64,000 nucleotides of DNA from Felis catus (lineage: Eukaryota). Numbering within the stretch: position 1 is the stretch's first letter; each line of letters begins with the position of its first letter. Below are positions 1-11,855 of the stretch, in pieces. A program made the translations under genes and the position numbers. Under the pieces are notes generated by a model. It was not told the origin of the DNA and made no database searches. It saw only the letters and a program-made list of their open reading frames with translations. Location of the stretch: NCBI RefSeq assembly GCF_018350175.1, contig NC_058368.1:199766001-199830000 (forward strand), written 5' to 3'.

Positions 1-374
1 TCTGGCTGTATATGCATGATTTATTCTCTTTACCGTCCAGAAGACCTTTGTGTACCCCCCTAAGAACAGTCAGTTTCTAAATTAGTATGTTCTGTTTTTG
101 CATTTTAAAGAGCTCTGACATTTTTCCATTTGTTACTTAAGTTTTCCTTAAGTTACTTAAGTGTGGATGATCAATGTATTTATAAGCAGTTAGCTATACT
201 CAGGGGGCTTCTGTTTTAGAAATAATTCTATCATGATTTCCACCCATAATACTTGCACAACATAACTGCATATTTATCAAAGTGGTTGCTAAGGGATACA
301 CTCAATGACTGGGTAGGATTTTTTCACAAAGTTTGCAAAGATGTTAATTTTGGTGTTTTTGTGTTTTTTTTTTT

Positions 375-770
375 TTTTACAGCACTACTTGTGATGGTTA
401 AACAAAATAAATATGCAAAACAACCAAATAGCTCATTAATCTTGAGTTGGATACATAGATCATGATCCAGCCAGGAATAGAATAAGTTAGATCTGTAGGT
501 CCATATATATAAACTTCTCTAAGATCATATAAGAAAAAGTGAGATTAGGAAGGATTTTATTATTCCATTTGGGTAAATATGTGTGCATCCATGTTACATG
601 AATATATCCTGGTAGATAAACAAACTTTGCATCTGGAAGGTATTCAGAAAATAGCTGAGTCATGTATGGGATGACCAGAGCCAGAGGAGGCTGGAGGCAT
701 GACTTCACTTTATGGTATATCTTTTTGTAATGTTTGGATTTTCTATCCATGTACATTTAATGTCTTTCTT
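375..770 (+). mobile_element. Ancient L1M-type 3' fragment
   Basis: acagcactacttgtgat...aaacaaccaaatagctcattaat and later 3'UTR-like sequence; highly degenerate. Confidence 0.5.
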
Positions 771-2360
771 TAAAAACAAATCCAGAGGAATGATCTGGGT
801 GGTAGGATTAGGAGCCATTTTAGTTTTTACACACCATAATTCCCCATATTAATTTTTTTCACCTTTCAGGTATATTTTAAAGGACATCAGACGGTCCAAT
901 TTAAAATCCAATTTACCATCACAGAAATACAGAGCTAAGAGATTACTGAAAGTGAAGTCCCACTTTCATCTTGTATTTATTTCATGTTGGGAAAATTGTC
1001 TGGAAAAATTGGCCATGGTGTGAGAGTGGAATCATGTAAAGGTTGTATTGAGCTAAAACATATAGGATAAGAATCAATGTAGGTAGGGAGAGAAGAAATC
1101 AGGTAATGTGGTAATCTCAATCTCTCTGGATGCACTGGTCTTCCATCCTTTTATCAACAGTGCAGGTCCTTCTGGAATCTGCAGTTACGGATTAATTTTT
1201 CAGGGATGGATGACTGGGCTGGATCTGTTTTTGCTTTTGCTGTTTGCAGTTCACTTGATATAGGAGCATTCTTTCATCTTTGCTCATGTGTCTCTCACTC
1301 TAGACATAACGACACATTTTCCTTTTTGTTTCTGCTCGGTGATCTAGTGCATGATCTACGTGTTCCATGCTTCTGGGGGTTGGGGTGATGTGGCGAACTG
1401 GACAAGTCCGTCACTGAACACTGTTCACACCCTGGCTTCTTGGAAATACAGTGCAGTGCATTTTCCAGGCACCACTGAGCTGTGATAGGAAACTGCCTTC
1501 ATGCCTCACTAGGTAAAGAACTCTGGTTTCCAGCCTCGAAGGTGGGCATCACTTGCAGGTTGGGTACCTGCATGGCTCAGCTCTAGTGTGTCTGTGCCCG
1601 TGAACCTGCTTCACTTCTTGGTGGGGGTTAAGGTGATGCATCACCCTATTAGTACCTTTGGTATCCCACGTGTTAGCCACTTCTCAAGACACCTGTTGCC
1701 CTGAACAACTCATGATAGCTAGTACCAACTGGTATCATTTTGCCTCTGCTCCCAGGTACACTTGCTCTGGCCAGGCAAGATAAGGGAATAAAGCATTTCT
1801 TCATAGATGACCTCATTGGAAAATGCCTCGTTTCCTCTTGGTGGGAAGAAACCCATTATGTTAAGTCAGGAGTTTTCCACCCAGAAGCTAATTTTCTATG
1901 ATTCAATTTAATGTTTATGGTGGACCTACTATGTGCAGATCATTGTGCTTGGAGTTCTGGTGTTTAGGGGTGGGGATACCGCTTGAGACCTCATGTGGAT
2001 AGTAGGAAGAGGCACGGAGAAGAAAGTGGTGCCACCTCCTCAGGGTCCGGAGAGTTTTCCTTTGACCCTTTGGGAAGGTTGGGCCCTCATCTGAAGGGCT
2101 GCAGAGGAAGTGCCCTGCGGCCTGTGGCAGAAAGTTTGCTCCTCTGTCTTTCTGGCATTGCTCTCAGTCAATAAACCTAAATAGCCGTGTAAGGTTTTCC
2201 TAAGGACTGACTTGCCCCTAAACTTCCTCTGTCCTACTTGACGAGGGAGAAACCTTTAAATCAAATTTTCCAGTTAAGAATAAACGTAGACAGTCATGAG
2301 CCAGATGTGTTCCACACCGAGTGATATCAGTGGCCACAGGCTACTCACGGTTTCACCCAC

Positions 2361-2444
2361 CTTGTTATGTGAATTTCGGCGTCATACAGCAGAGGGATTT
2401 TGAAATTGACCAAATTATCTGCCTTGTTTTCTTCAGAGCTTTCA
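2361..2444 (-). CDS. ITGA2: ITGA2 exon 23 (84 nt): ESSEENKADNLVNFKIPLLYDAEIHIT(R)
   Basis: tag|T acceptor after an 86-nt intron, AAG|GTGGGT donor. Confidence 0.96.
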
Positions 2445-2530
2445 CTATTGGAATGAACATTAGGAAATTACTTAAAGAGAACTATTATTGAAGTCATCTA
2501 TCATCAATTCAAGACTTCATTAGGTTTTAC

Positions 2531-2607
2531 CTTAAGGCTTGGAAACTGACAGATGCCTGATTCTGAAGGTTTTGAAGATTGAAGTCAAAGTTAATCATGA
2601 AAGTCAC
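2531..2607 (-). CDS. ITGA2: ITGA2 exon 22 (77 nt): VTFMINFDFNLQNLQNQASVSFQAL(S)
   Basis: tag|GTG acceptor, AAG|GTAAAA donor. Confidence 0.96.
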
Positions 2608-3285
2608 CTATAACCAGAATTAAAACTCATTAATCTATGGTGGTTTGTACTCAGGGACCAATTAAAAAAATGGTTCCCAGAAAAGCAAACTCACTCCAAT
2701 TTGATCTGGATTTTATATACCTTAAGCTTTCATCTTTGTAGAATATCTATTTGTCCACCTTGCTTCATTTAGCATGCCTCCCCTTTAGAATCAGAGGGCT
2801 TACCTTTCAAGTGACATGTATAGATCATCACATCACAGGCATATCTCCTTCACTTGATTTGACAGCTCTGTGCTGATGTGAAACTTGCTTAGCAGGGGGT
2901 AACAAATGATATCTGTGACTCTGTACGTCACTCTGACCAGTGTTGGTCAATAAATTAAAGAAAGAGAGAAAGAGAGGGAGAGAAAGGGAGAAACGGAGCG
3001 AGGGTGGGAGGGAGGGAGAGAAAGGGGTGGGGAGGGAAAGGGAGAAAGAAAGAACTCTCCATATTGTATGTGCTTTTGAAACGAATTGCATGGGAGAAAA
3101 TCCCACTTTTATTAATAATTTACAACATTCAGATATTTTAAAAACTTCCTCTAAATACGCAGCTATTTCTTTTGTAAGGCCTGTCAAATAATGTTACCTA
3201 ACAAAGAAGGCGGAATGGTGGGGTGAATTAACACCAGTGCTGAGGAGGGACCAGTGTGGATTTAAGGATGAAATGCAAGTTGTAC

Positions 3286-3378
3286 CTGTTGCTCTGTCTT
3301 TAAAGCTGGGTAGCCTACATCACAGGTAACAGACTTCTGAGATGAAGCAATCTGGCATACGACTTCTGTCCCATCAAC
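3286..3378 (-). CDS. ITGA2: ITGA2 exon 21 (93 nt): VDGTEVVCQIASSQKSVTCDVGYPALKTEQQ
   Basis: cag|GTT acceptor, CAG|GTACAA donor; inside ORF 3262..3525. Confidence 0.96.
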
Positions 3379-4502
3379 CTGAAAGACACCAAGGAAACAA
3401 TGACCAATCAGTATTTTGCATGTGTGTGTGCACACGTGTTTGCATACATGCTGAAAGATGTATAAACCACATGGACATCTTAGCAGTAGAACTGGTTCAC
3501 ACTGAACTAACCTATTGTCCCCCAAGACTTGAAAATCTTATACTGTCCACATAGCTAATATACTATTTTTATTGCTAACAGGACACCCAATAAGCCAAAA
3601 GTGAGGTCAAATACTGGAATTTTCCCCCAGAAGTAAATCCTAGTTCTTCTATTTCCAAAGCACAGAATAAATTTAATATTTAGAAATGCTATCTTTATTA
3701 CATACCTTTCTCTGAATATATTTGAAATTAATAGTTTCAAGAAAAGAGAACAAAATCATATGTTGGTGTTTGTATTTTAAATAACTTAAAGAATCTTTTT
3801 TAGTTTTCCTCGTGTTTTTTTTTTTCCTCTTTGAAATAAGAAGTTCTTATTTGGCACAGGAAATTGAAGCATTGAGGTCAGAATAGATTTAGAATGTTAA
3901 ATCTGTTAAGTTTGTGTTGACTTTAACTTGGATGAAACCATTTTTAATCCTTTTGTCAAGTAGGGAATTTGGGAAATCTCAGCTTTTCCCTCCTCTCCCG
4001 TTCATTGCTTGGTGGCAGAGGAGGGGCCAGAGGGGCGTGCATGGCCAAGTGTGTTCCTGGTATAGTGATCAAGTCAGCATGATTAACTGGCCTCGCTGGA
4101 ATGCATCATCTTGGCAGTAGCATGGCCTGTGGTTACAAAGCCTGGACTCAGCTGTGGGACTCTCATTCTCGGAGCAAGTGCAGCTCGAACGATCTGTGCG
4201 GCACCACAGCGGTCTCCTCACACAGATGGCTTGAGAAGAGTTATGGTAGGTGTCTGGCCAAGTCTCAGGGCAAAGGAAAAACTGACCAAGCTGTGAAGCA
4301 GGACTGGTCTAGATACAGGGCCAGGCTATGTTCTCATGTGGTTTAACTAGTTGGGAGCCCCAAAGTTGGGACTGAGCACACTGAGGGGTAAGGTGCTTCT
4401 TCAGACAGCGCACGGCCCACCGGGATCTGAGTGTGAAGAAGAGGGCCAATTAACAACAAGCGGGAGGCACAAGAGCAGTGAGCACAGGGTGTCATCACAT
4501 AC

Positions 4503-4644
4503 CGGCATGGTCCAGGAAGCGAAAAACAAGTTTTCTGAAAAATCAACGACAATTGCAGTGTTGTAGGCACTTTCCCTTTTGTTTTTCAGCGTTACTAAAA
4601 ATGTTAACCTTTTGTTTTGGTTGCTGACAATAAAGGGTTGATCT
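4503..4644 (-). CDS. ITGA2: ITGA2 exon 20 (142 nt): DQPFIVSNQNKRLTFLVTLKNKRESAYNTAIVVDFSENLFFASWTMP
   Basis: cag|A acceptor, CCG|GTATGT donor; inside ORF 4401..4712. Confidence 0.97.
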
Positions 4645-5072
4645 CTGTTACAAGTGAAAAGGAAAGGAAGAAAATTATTAAGGTTAATAGGGCCAGTGTT
4701 CAAATCCTTCACTCATTTTAAAAATAAGATAAAACTCTTTAGATTTGGAAGACTGAGAAAGTTGTTTAATAAACTATCTTCATAGTAAAATGATACAGAC
4801 AACAAAGAAGTCAACGCTATTGGATTTTCTTCTTCATTGACTTTAATCACATTGTAGGGAAAGGAGCCATCCAAATACAAATGTTTTTTTTTTTTATTTC
4901 TTGTTGTTTTACTCCTATAAGGATGGTAAAAACTGAAGTTCAAATTTTAAAGATCTTTATTAGTTATGGATGTTTCTTTTGCAGTAAAAAATCTCCATAA
5001 ACACTCACTTGAATCAAGAGACCTATTGTGTCTTATTTCTACTTTTTACGCTGAGCTCTGAAGCAGACTTAC

Positions 5073-5155
5073 TGAGCAGCTGACAGCTGTTGGACATCTA
5101 GAACTAGATCAGAGATGCAAACTCCATCATCCCCACATTCCTTGTAGAAAGGGAT
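5073..5155 (-). CDS. ITGA2: ITGA2 exon 19 (83 nt): IPFYKECGDDGVCISDLVLDVQQLSAA(Q); genu region
   Basis: tag|ATC acceptor, CA|GTAAGT donor; CGxDxxCxSDL motif. Confidence 0.97.
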
Positions 5156-5693
5156 CTACAAAAAAGGAAAAACAATCCTACACATTTGCTCTGGACTTAA
5201 AAACCAAATTGTGGAAGAATATATGTAATATTATTCCATTTATATAAAGCCCAAAACCATGCAAAAATAATATTTGGGGAATATAAACATGGCTAGCAAC
5301 ACCAGGAAGAAAAAGCATTGATAAATGCAAAATGCTAGGTGATGATTTGCCTTGGGTAGCAAGATGAATTTGGATGTGATGGGGGTAGGGAGGGATACAG
5401 AGAACATAGGTATTGGTAACATTTTTTAAGTGGATGGTGAGCACAAGGTGTTTGGCTTTATTGAACACCTCTAGTGGGCCAGGCACTGCTCAAGGGGCTG
5501 GGAATAGAGCAGGGAAGACAAAAACTGCTGTCTTCGCGGAACTTGCATGCTGATGAATTTCACACAGAAGAGTGTTTCATTTAGAAGACTAACAATTGAA
5601 AAGTTCTGCCCTAGGTAGCTTTCAAACAGTACCGCAGGGACCGTGAAGCTTTCTTAGCCAGTCTCAATTCCAAGAAGGGCAAAACGCACTTAC

Positions 5694-5804
5694 ACTGAAG
5701 ACCTTGGCCTTCTCAGAGTAGGCTTCGAGGGCAGGGCTGGTGCCAGGGTTTTCCAGACTGACGTTGACACACAGATCCAAAGAGCTGACAACATCAGAGG
5801 GCTT
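5694..5804 (-). CDS. ITGA2: ITGA2 exon 18 (111 nt): KPSDVVSSLDLCVNVSLENPGTSPALEAYSEKAKVFS
   Basis: tag|AAG acceptor, AGT|GTAAGT donor. Confidence 0.96.
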
Positions 5805-6134
5805 CTAAACACACAGAGATACAGTGTAGCAGTTTTTTAGGGCACGGCAGCTTCAAAACAAGAAAATGACGACAAACGTGTCCAAGATTAAGAACATAGT
5901 CTGCTCTCAATTATGTGGAGTTACCCTTGTTTTGAATTTTCAAGACTCTGGCTTCTTTACGGTCTTAATTCTGCTCTTAGCCTCTTCACTATTAAGAAAC
6001 CTAGAGACTTGGGTTCAGTAAAAATCTGAAGCAGCATATCTTAGTTAAGCTTGTCAGTGATCTCGCTATTCATACACAAGTAGTTTATAAATATTTAGAG
6101 GATCTGCCCAATTTTAATGCTTAAAGCATCTGTT

Positions 6135-6312
6135 GGGGCACCTGGGTGGCTCAGTCGGTTAAGCATTCGATTTTGGCTCAGGTCATGATCTCACGGCTCT
6201 TGACTTTGGGCCCCGAGTCGGTTTCTGTGCTGACAGCTCAGATCCTGAAGCCTGCTTCAGATCCTGTGTCTCCCTCTCTCTCTCTACCCCTCCCCCGCTC
6301 ATGCTGTCTATC
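6135..6312 (+). mobile_element. SINEC (3' tail missing)
   Basis: ggggcacctgggtggctcagtcggttaag head and CT-rich body. Confidence 0.88.
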
Positions 6313-7284
6313 AGTACATGGTTCTTGGGTTGTTTGCTAGGTCTTTCCAGTTCCTACTGCCAAGATTTAAGATAGTCTTTAGATATCCTGACCAAATCTT
6401 TGGGAGGGAATATTATGACCTAGATGGGAAGGTGCTCAGGGCCAGTGTCAGACAACGACAAGAGAACTCCCTTCCTTAGTCAGAACCTAACTTGCTCTGC
6501 AAAGCCAGATAAAGGGGATTCCCACATGGGAAACCAAGTCCCCCAAGTTTTGGCCCTCATGTCCGTGAGAAGCGACACTGCCTCCTGCATGCATCAGATG
6601 AAGCGAGTATCACTTGGCAGTTATTAAAGCCGACTCTACCCAGCTACCAGTACAACTTCTCCACTCTGCCTTCACAGCAACTTCACTCTGCCCTCAGTTC
6701 TTGTCAGGAAAGAGCAGTATCTCTACAAATGGTAAACCCTAAAAATCCAATTTGCCTTTTCCTGATTAGTGATATTTGTTATCACCTAGTCCATTCACAG
6801 GCAGGATTTACTCCTGCCGTGAGCCCTTTTGGCGGGCAAGACTAGCATGGCGTCCTGACTGTAAGGAGAGGTTTCCTCAGCTGGCTGCAGGGTTGGCGCA
6901 CAGAGTGGGTGTGGTGTTGATATCCAATATACTGTGTTAACTGAAACAAGATCTCTGCACTGACCCAAACCGCACACATCTTCTAAAAACTTCACAAGGA
7001 CACATTTGTGTGAAGAGGATATATATATATGAATGACAGCCTGGCTGATTTCATTCCCCCAGAATGGACTCCATGTTTTATTTGATCTACCACTTAGCGC
7101 AAAAATAGAGAATGAGAGCCAGCTTTTATCCCTTTAAAGAATCTGTATAGTCAGCATCTTAACAAAAAAGGTCCAGGCCTTCATAAATAAGACTTCTTTC
7201 ATATGAACAAGAAATTAAAACAATCAATGGATTTTAATTCCTGTGTTAACTTTGTTTTTCCAAATCATACTTAACATTTTTTGA

Positions 7285-7455
7285 GATGGGATCTCTGTAT
7301 CATCAATCTATATCAGAAATATCTGGGAGTACTCTTCAAATCTGCATATTCCTTGGACGTTCAAATCCAGATTACTGGTGGTGAGGACCCTGAATTTGCA
7401 TTTTATAAACTTTTTTTTTTGGCAATTCTTATACATTTTAAATGCTGAGAACCAT
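7285..7455. mobile_element. MER5A-like DNA transposon relic
   Basis: atcagaa...ctgaatttgcattttataaac...aatgctgagaacca pattern. Confidence 0.6.
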
Positions 7456-8098
7456 ATTCTAGGAAAATTCTTAAGAAGTTCTTTTAAAACTGATTTCCTG
7501 AGGAAATCACACTTTCAAAGACCATTACATGGTTTCTAGGGGGAAATATTCATATAATTTATAAAATAAATTTCCTGTGGGAAATTTTCCCGAGAATTTT
7601 TCCTACTTGTGAGATTTTCAAAATTCATGTGAACTGTAGTAACTGTGGCATAAGACTAGAATAATATTTACCTCATAATCTACCTTTCTTGTCCTATATT
7701 AATTTAAACCCAATAGTGGAAATCAAAATTGGCATTGTTCATTTCAGCAGCTTAAAATAAAATTTTTCCCTGATAGGAAAATGCTAAAATAAAATTTACT
7801 ATCTACTAAAAGCTCTCCCTGGTAAACATTGAAGAAAGCACTGTCTTTGATTTCTTTAACAATCTTATTTTTTAGCCTTTTGGTTGTAATTCCAAATATT
7901 TCTATGCTATTAACATATTAATAGAATGTGACCATATATTAGCATAAAGATAACAGGATTTCCTGCTCATGAACTTAGACAAGAAAAACATTAATTAGAA
8001 GGGCAACCATTTTCTAACTTGTAAGCTTCGTTTTTAGACTTGGACCATTCATTAGTCTCTAAGAGGAAAGGAGGTGACAGAGATGACGGAGACCTTAC

Positions 8099-8250
8099 CT
8101 GTATGTGGATGATGTACTCAGAGCAACTCTGTGTTTGACTTACTATCATATTCTTCTGCAGGCATCTTTCATTATTTTCTTTAAATAGCCCCCTGGAGGT
8201 TACTCTGGATGCATATAGGTCTGCATCAATTGTGATGTTGTATATAATGG
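8099..8250 (-). CDS. ITGA2: ITGA2 exon 17 (152 nt): (A)IIYNITIDADLYASRVTSRGLFKENNERCLQKNMIVSQTQSCSEYIIHIQ
   Basis: tag|CC acceptor, CAG|GTAAGG donor; inside ORF 7991..8266. Confidence 0.97.
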
Positions 8251-8781
8251 CTAGGATAAAAATCACAAAGAAATGTTAGTACAAACAAACTTTTACAGAA
8301 AAACCACCCTGCCTAATTGTATCTTACTAGGTGAAGTCAAGGACTTCAAGAAAATATAAAAACAGTCTTTACATTGATGGATTGTGAACTGCAGACAGGC
8401 ATGACATTTGTAATTCACACTCTGGTGTGACGTAGGTGACTGTGGATACAGAGAGAGTGATTCAAAGTGTGGCTTGAAGCAGTGGGGAGAATAGTAGACT
8501 TGCCCCCAGGAAATCTACTGAATGAATTTGGTCAAATTACTCACTTCTCAAGCCTTGGTTTCATCACCCCTAACATGGTGATATGTTAAAGAAAGAAATA
8601 GCTACCGAGTACCTACAATTGAACACATTCTTGTATGTTATCTTATACAAGTTTTACTATAATCCCAGAAAGTGGATATTATCATCTCATTTTTCAGGTA
8701 ATAAACACAGTAAAAGAGGTAAAATAAACCAGCTCTGTTCACAACAGCTAGGGCATGGTCAGAAATAAAACTGCAGTAATT

Positions 8782-8812
8782 AAAAAAAAAAATTTAATGT
8801 TTTTATTTTTGA

Positions 8813-8854
<42 letters not shown>

Positions 8855-9261
8855 CACACACAGACTGTGAGCAGGGGAGGGGCAGAGAAAGAAAGGGAGA
8901 CAGAGAATCTGAAGCAGGCTCCAGGTTGGGGCGCCTGGGTGGCTTAGTCGGTTGAGAGGCCAGCTTCAGCTCAGGTCATGATCTCACGGTTCATGGGTTC
9001 GAGCCCCGTGTTGGGCTCTGTGCTGACAGCTCAGAACCCAGAGCCTGCTTCAGATTCTGTGTCTCCCTTTCTCTCTGCCCCTCCCTTGCTCATGCTCTCT
9101 CTCTGTCTCTCAAAAATGAATGAACATTAAAATTTTTTTTAAAAAAACGAGGCTCTGAGCTGTCAGCAGAGAGCCCACCATGGGACTCGAACTCAGAAAC
9201 TCTGAGATCATGACCTGAGCTGAAGTTGGACACTTAATCGACTGAGCCACGCAGGCACCCC
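8782..9261 (-). mobile_element. SINEC interrupted by an oppositely oriented SINEC
   Basis: Reverse SINEC halves 8782-8927 and 9150-9261; TSD AAACTGCAGTAATT / AAACTGGGGTAATT; (CA)n at 8814-8862. Confidence 0.9.
8928..9149 (+). mobile_element. SINEC nested inside another SINEC
   Basis: Complete head-to-tail SINEC between the two halves of the outer copy. Confidence 0.9.
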
Positions 9262-10407
9262 AAACTGGGGTAATTTTGAAATCAGAATTCATTCTTTCAC
9301 TTTCCATGCAGTTGTGAAGATTAACTAATTTGAGTGTTAACTGAGATACTCTGAGGGAACACTCTCGATGCTTAGTTCAGGGAAGGCATGCAACTCTGCA
9401 GGAATAAGTTTGGAATCCGACGGACTTGGTTTGAATTCTAATTCCACCATTTATGAGTTCTAGGACTTTAGGCAATTTGTGTAACCTCTTTGAAACTCCA
9501 TTTCCTCATCTATAAAACAGAGATAATACTACTAACCCAGGGAAATGAAAATGAAAAAAAAATGCAATAAAAACTGATGTCAGTTGCCAATACACAAAGT
9601 ATCAGAGCCTTCAACTAAAGCTATCCAAAATTGAGAAAGAAAACCTGATATTATTCAAAGCATCAGCTGCCTTATCTGGGCTTACTCTATCTTATGATTT
9701 TCAATATTTTAAAGATTGAATAGACTTCCCAAAAACATTAATTCCACAGGTTACATTTAAAATACCTATTAGAGATGTATAGTTTTTCTTGCTCCAAGAA
9801 CTTAGTGAAATTCACAAAGGTAGATAAAATAGAAGTGAATCAAATGAACTAAAACTAAGTGGTGAAAATAATACAAAGAAAAAATAATGCCAGGGAGGGG
9901 AACATAGCTAGGACAAAATTAGTATACATGATCATATGATTTCTTTTTTTTTTTTTCAAGTAGTCTGGTAAAAAGGTATAGTCTAATGGGCATTAATTTT
10001 TTTAATGTTATTAACTTTTAAAATGGAGTGAGCATCTGATACAGTAAATAACAAAGACCATATGCTTTATAAGTTTAGTTTTCAAAGTTGTGAAGATGGG
10101 ATTCAGGTCTTACATACTCTTATTGCCAAGCAATTAAGTGACAAATGATCACAACTGGCTTGTCTGTGTGGATCTGAAGACATCAAGGAAAAGGTACCCA
10201 ATGGGAAGAAAGAGCAAGTTGAAGGGAAGGACATTCTTGAAGTCTGCTTTCGAGTGTCTGGTAACAGAGGAGTGAAGCCCCGTCAAAAAGTGGAAGATAT
10301 AGGAGGCAAATCCATGCTTTCAGGCCAGGAGAGCTAACCAGCCAGTTATTTCTGCCAACTAATATATTTCCCAAATTCATGTTTTAAGCAGACTAGCCAC
10401 TTAATGT

Positions 10408-10560
10408 CCCCTTCCCCCCCACACACAGTTTTTATTGAGATGTAAGGGAGATGTACTGTTTGAGTTTTAGTTGTACAGTGCAGCTATTTTGTATATGTAA
10501 CTATTGGCAAATGATTACAATAAGGTTCATTAACAGATCATCCCCTCACACAGTGCCAAT

Positions 10561-10640
<80 letters not shown>

Positions 10641-10724
10641 GTTTAAATCTGCTCTCTTAGCAATCTTCAAATGTACAACACAGTACAGTATTGTTAGCTA
10701 TAGTCACCATGCAGTACATTACAT
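10408..10724 (-). mobile_element. Short L1 3' fragment carrying a (TG)n(AG)n microsatellite
   Basis: L1 3'UTR-like sequence; TSD CTAGCCACTTAATGT (10393-10407) / CTAGCCACTTAGTGT (10725-10739). Confidence 0.8.
10563..10639. repeat. Compound (TG)n(AG)n microsatellite
   Basis: Directly visible. Confidence 0.98.
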
Positions 10725-11418
10725 CTAGCCACTTAGTGTTTGTACGGGAATGGTTTTTGACTCAACTATCATGACTACTCAAATGGACCTGCTCCAGGGC
10801 AGGTCTGTGAGATGTGCTACTCAAAGTTGGGTCAGCATTTGAGTACCTGAAAGGAAAAATGCCAGATAGATACAACTAGTAGGAAACTATGGAAGACATG
10901 CCAGGATGGGAATCCAACTTCTGCTTTGTGTTTTTAACCTATGTATTTCTTGGAATGAATCATGACAAAGGCTGAAAATATTAGAGGCAGGTTAAGTTGG
11001 TTTGCTAACCACTTAATGAAACACTTGTAGGAACTGCAGGTGCCTGAAGTGTAGAGCCAGACTCCGAAGGAAGGAGGATTAGAACCCATGAAAAAGCAGC
11101 AAATGAAAGAAGGCCGTGTTTGATCGAGTGCTAAATCAATTGCTATGCTCTGTGGGTGCTGGAGCAGGAGAGATGAACGTGAGGGGCAGTGGTTAGAAAG
11201 GACTCGGCCAAGTTCTGGAAGAGGACTTGGCTGGTCCGAGAGAGATGACAGTTTGTCCAATTTTCCTCATTCTCGCCTTCTGACAGGTCACATATCAGAG
11301 TTTTATTCACTTCACTGCATTAGAGCATTTAAAACACTGGGCACAAACTACATACTGGTTTATATCTTCTCTGTCATTATTTCACGCATATTAATTTCTC
11401 AAGAATAGGAATATTTGG

Positions 11419-11636
11419 GGGGCGCCTGGGTGGCTCAGTCGGTTAAGCGGCCAACTTCGGCTCAGGTCATGATCTCGCGGTCCGTGAGTTCGAGCCCCGC
11501 GTCGGGCTCTGTGCTGACAGCTCAGAGCCCGGAGCCTGCTTCAGATTCTGTCTCCCTCTCTCTCTGCCCCTCCCCTGCTCATGCTCTGTCTCTGTCTCAA
11601 AAATAAATAAAACATTAAAAAAAATTAAAAAAAAAA
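11419..11636 (+). mobile_element. SINEC (felid type)
   Basis: TSD AAGAATAGGAATA(T/C)TTGG (11401-11418 / 11637-11654). Confidence 0.95.
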
Positions 11637-11855
11637 AAGAATAGGAATACTTGGTACCTGTACTGAACGCTTCGTATCTAGGCCATGTCACAGCTGACAC
11701 ACAGCATACTAATATGGGTGTATACCAGCGTCATGTGTGTGTGCCCAAGGTTTGGGGTGAGGAACCGATGGGTAAAAGAAACTTGAAGGATACCGCTGAG
11801 CAAGCCTGGGACTAGATCATAGAGATAGTAACTTTCTGTGGCAGAATGTTATCTT

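Noticed and set aside
960..1450. Possible processed pseudogene or RT relic (FQKDLH-like fragment on the minus strand)
   Set aside because: No sustained frame, poly(A) or TSD; similarity too short to support without a database search
1..2360. ITGA2 exon 24 (STNINFYE...)
   Set aside because: cctacag|ATCT near 490 looks like its start, but the following sequence does not encode the exon; it should lie beyond the left edge
11415..11700. Recurring ORFs like WVAQSVKRPTSAQVMIS and tRNA-like heads
   Set aside because: These are translations of tRNA-derived SINEC elements, not genes or tRNAs
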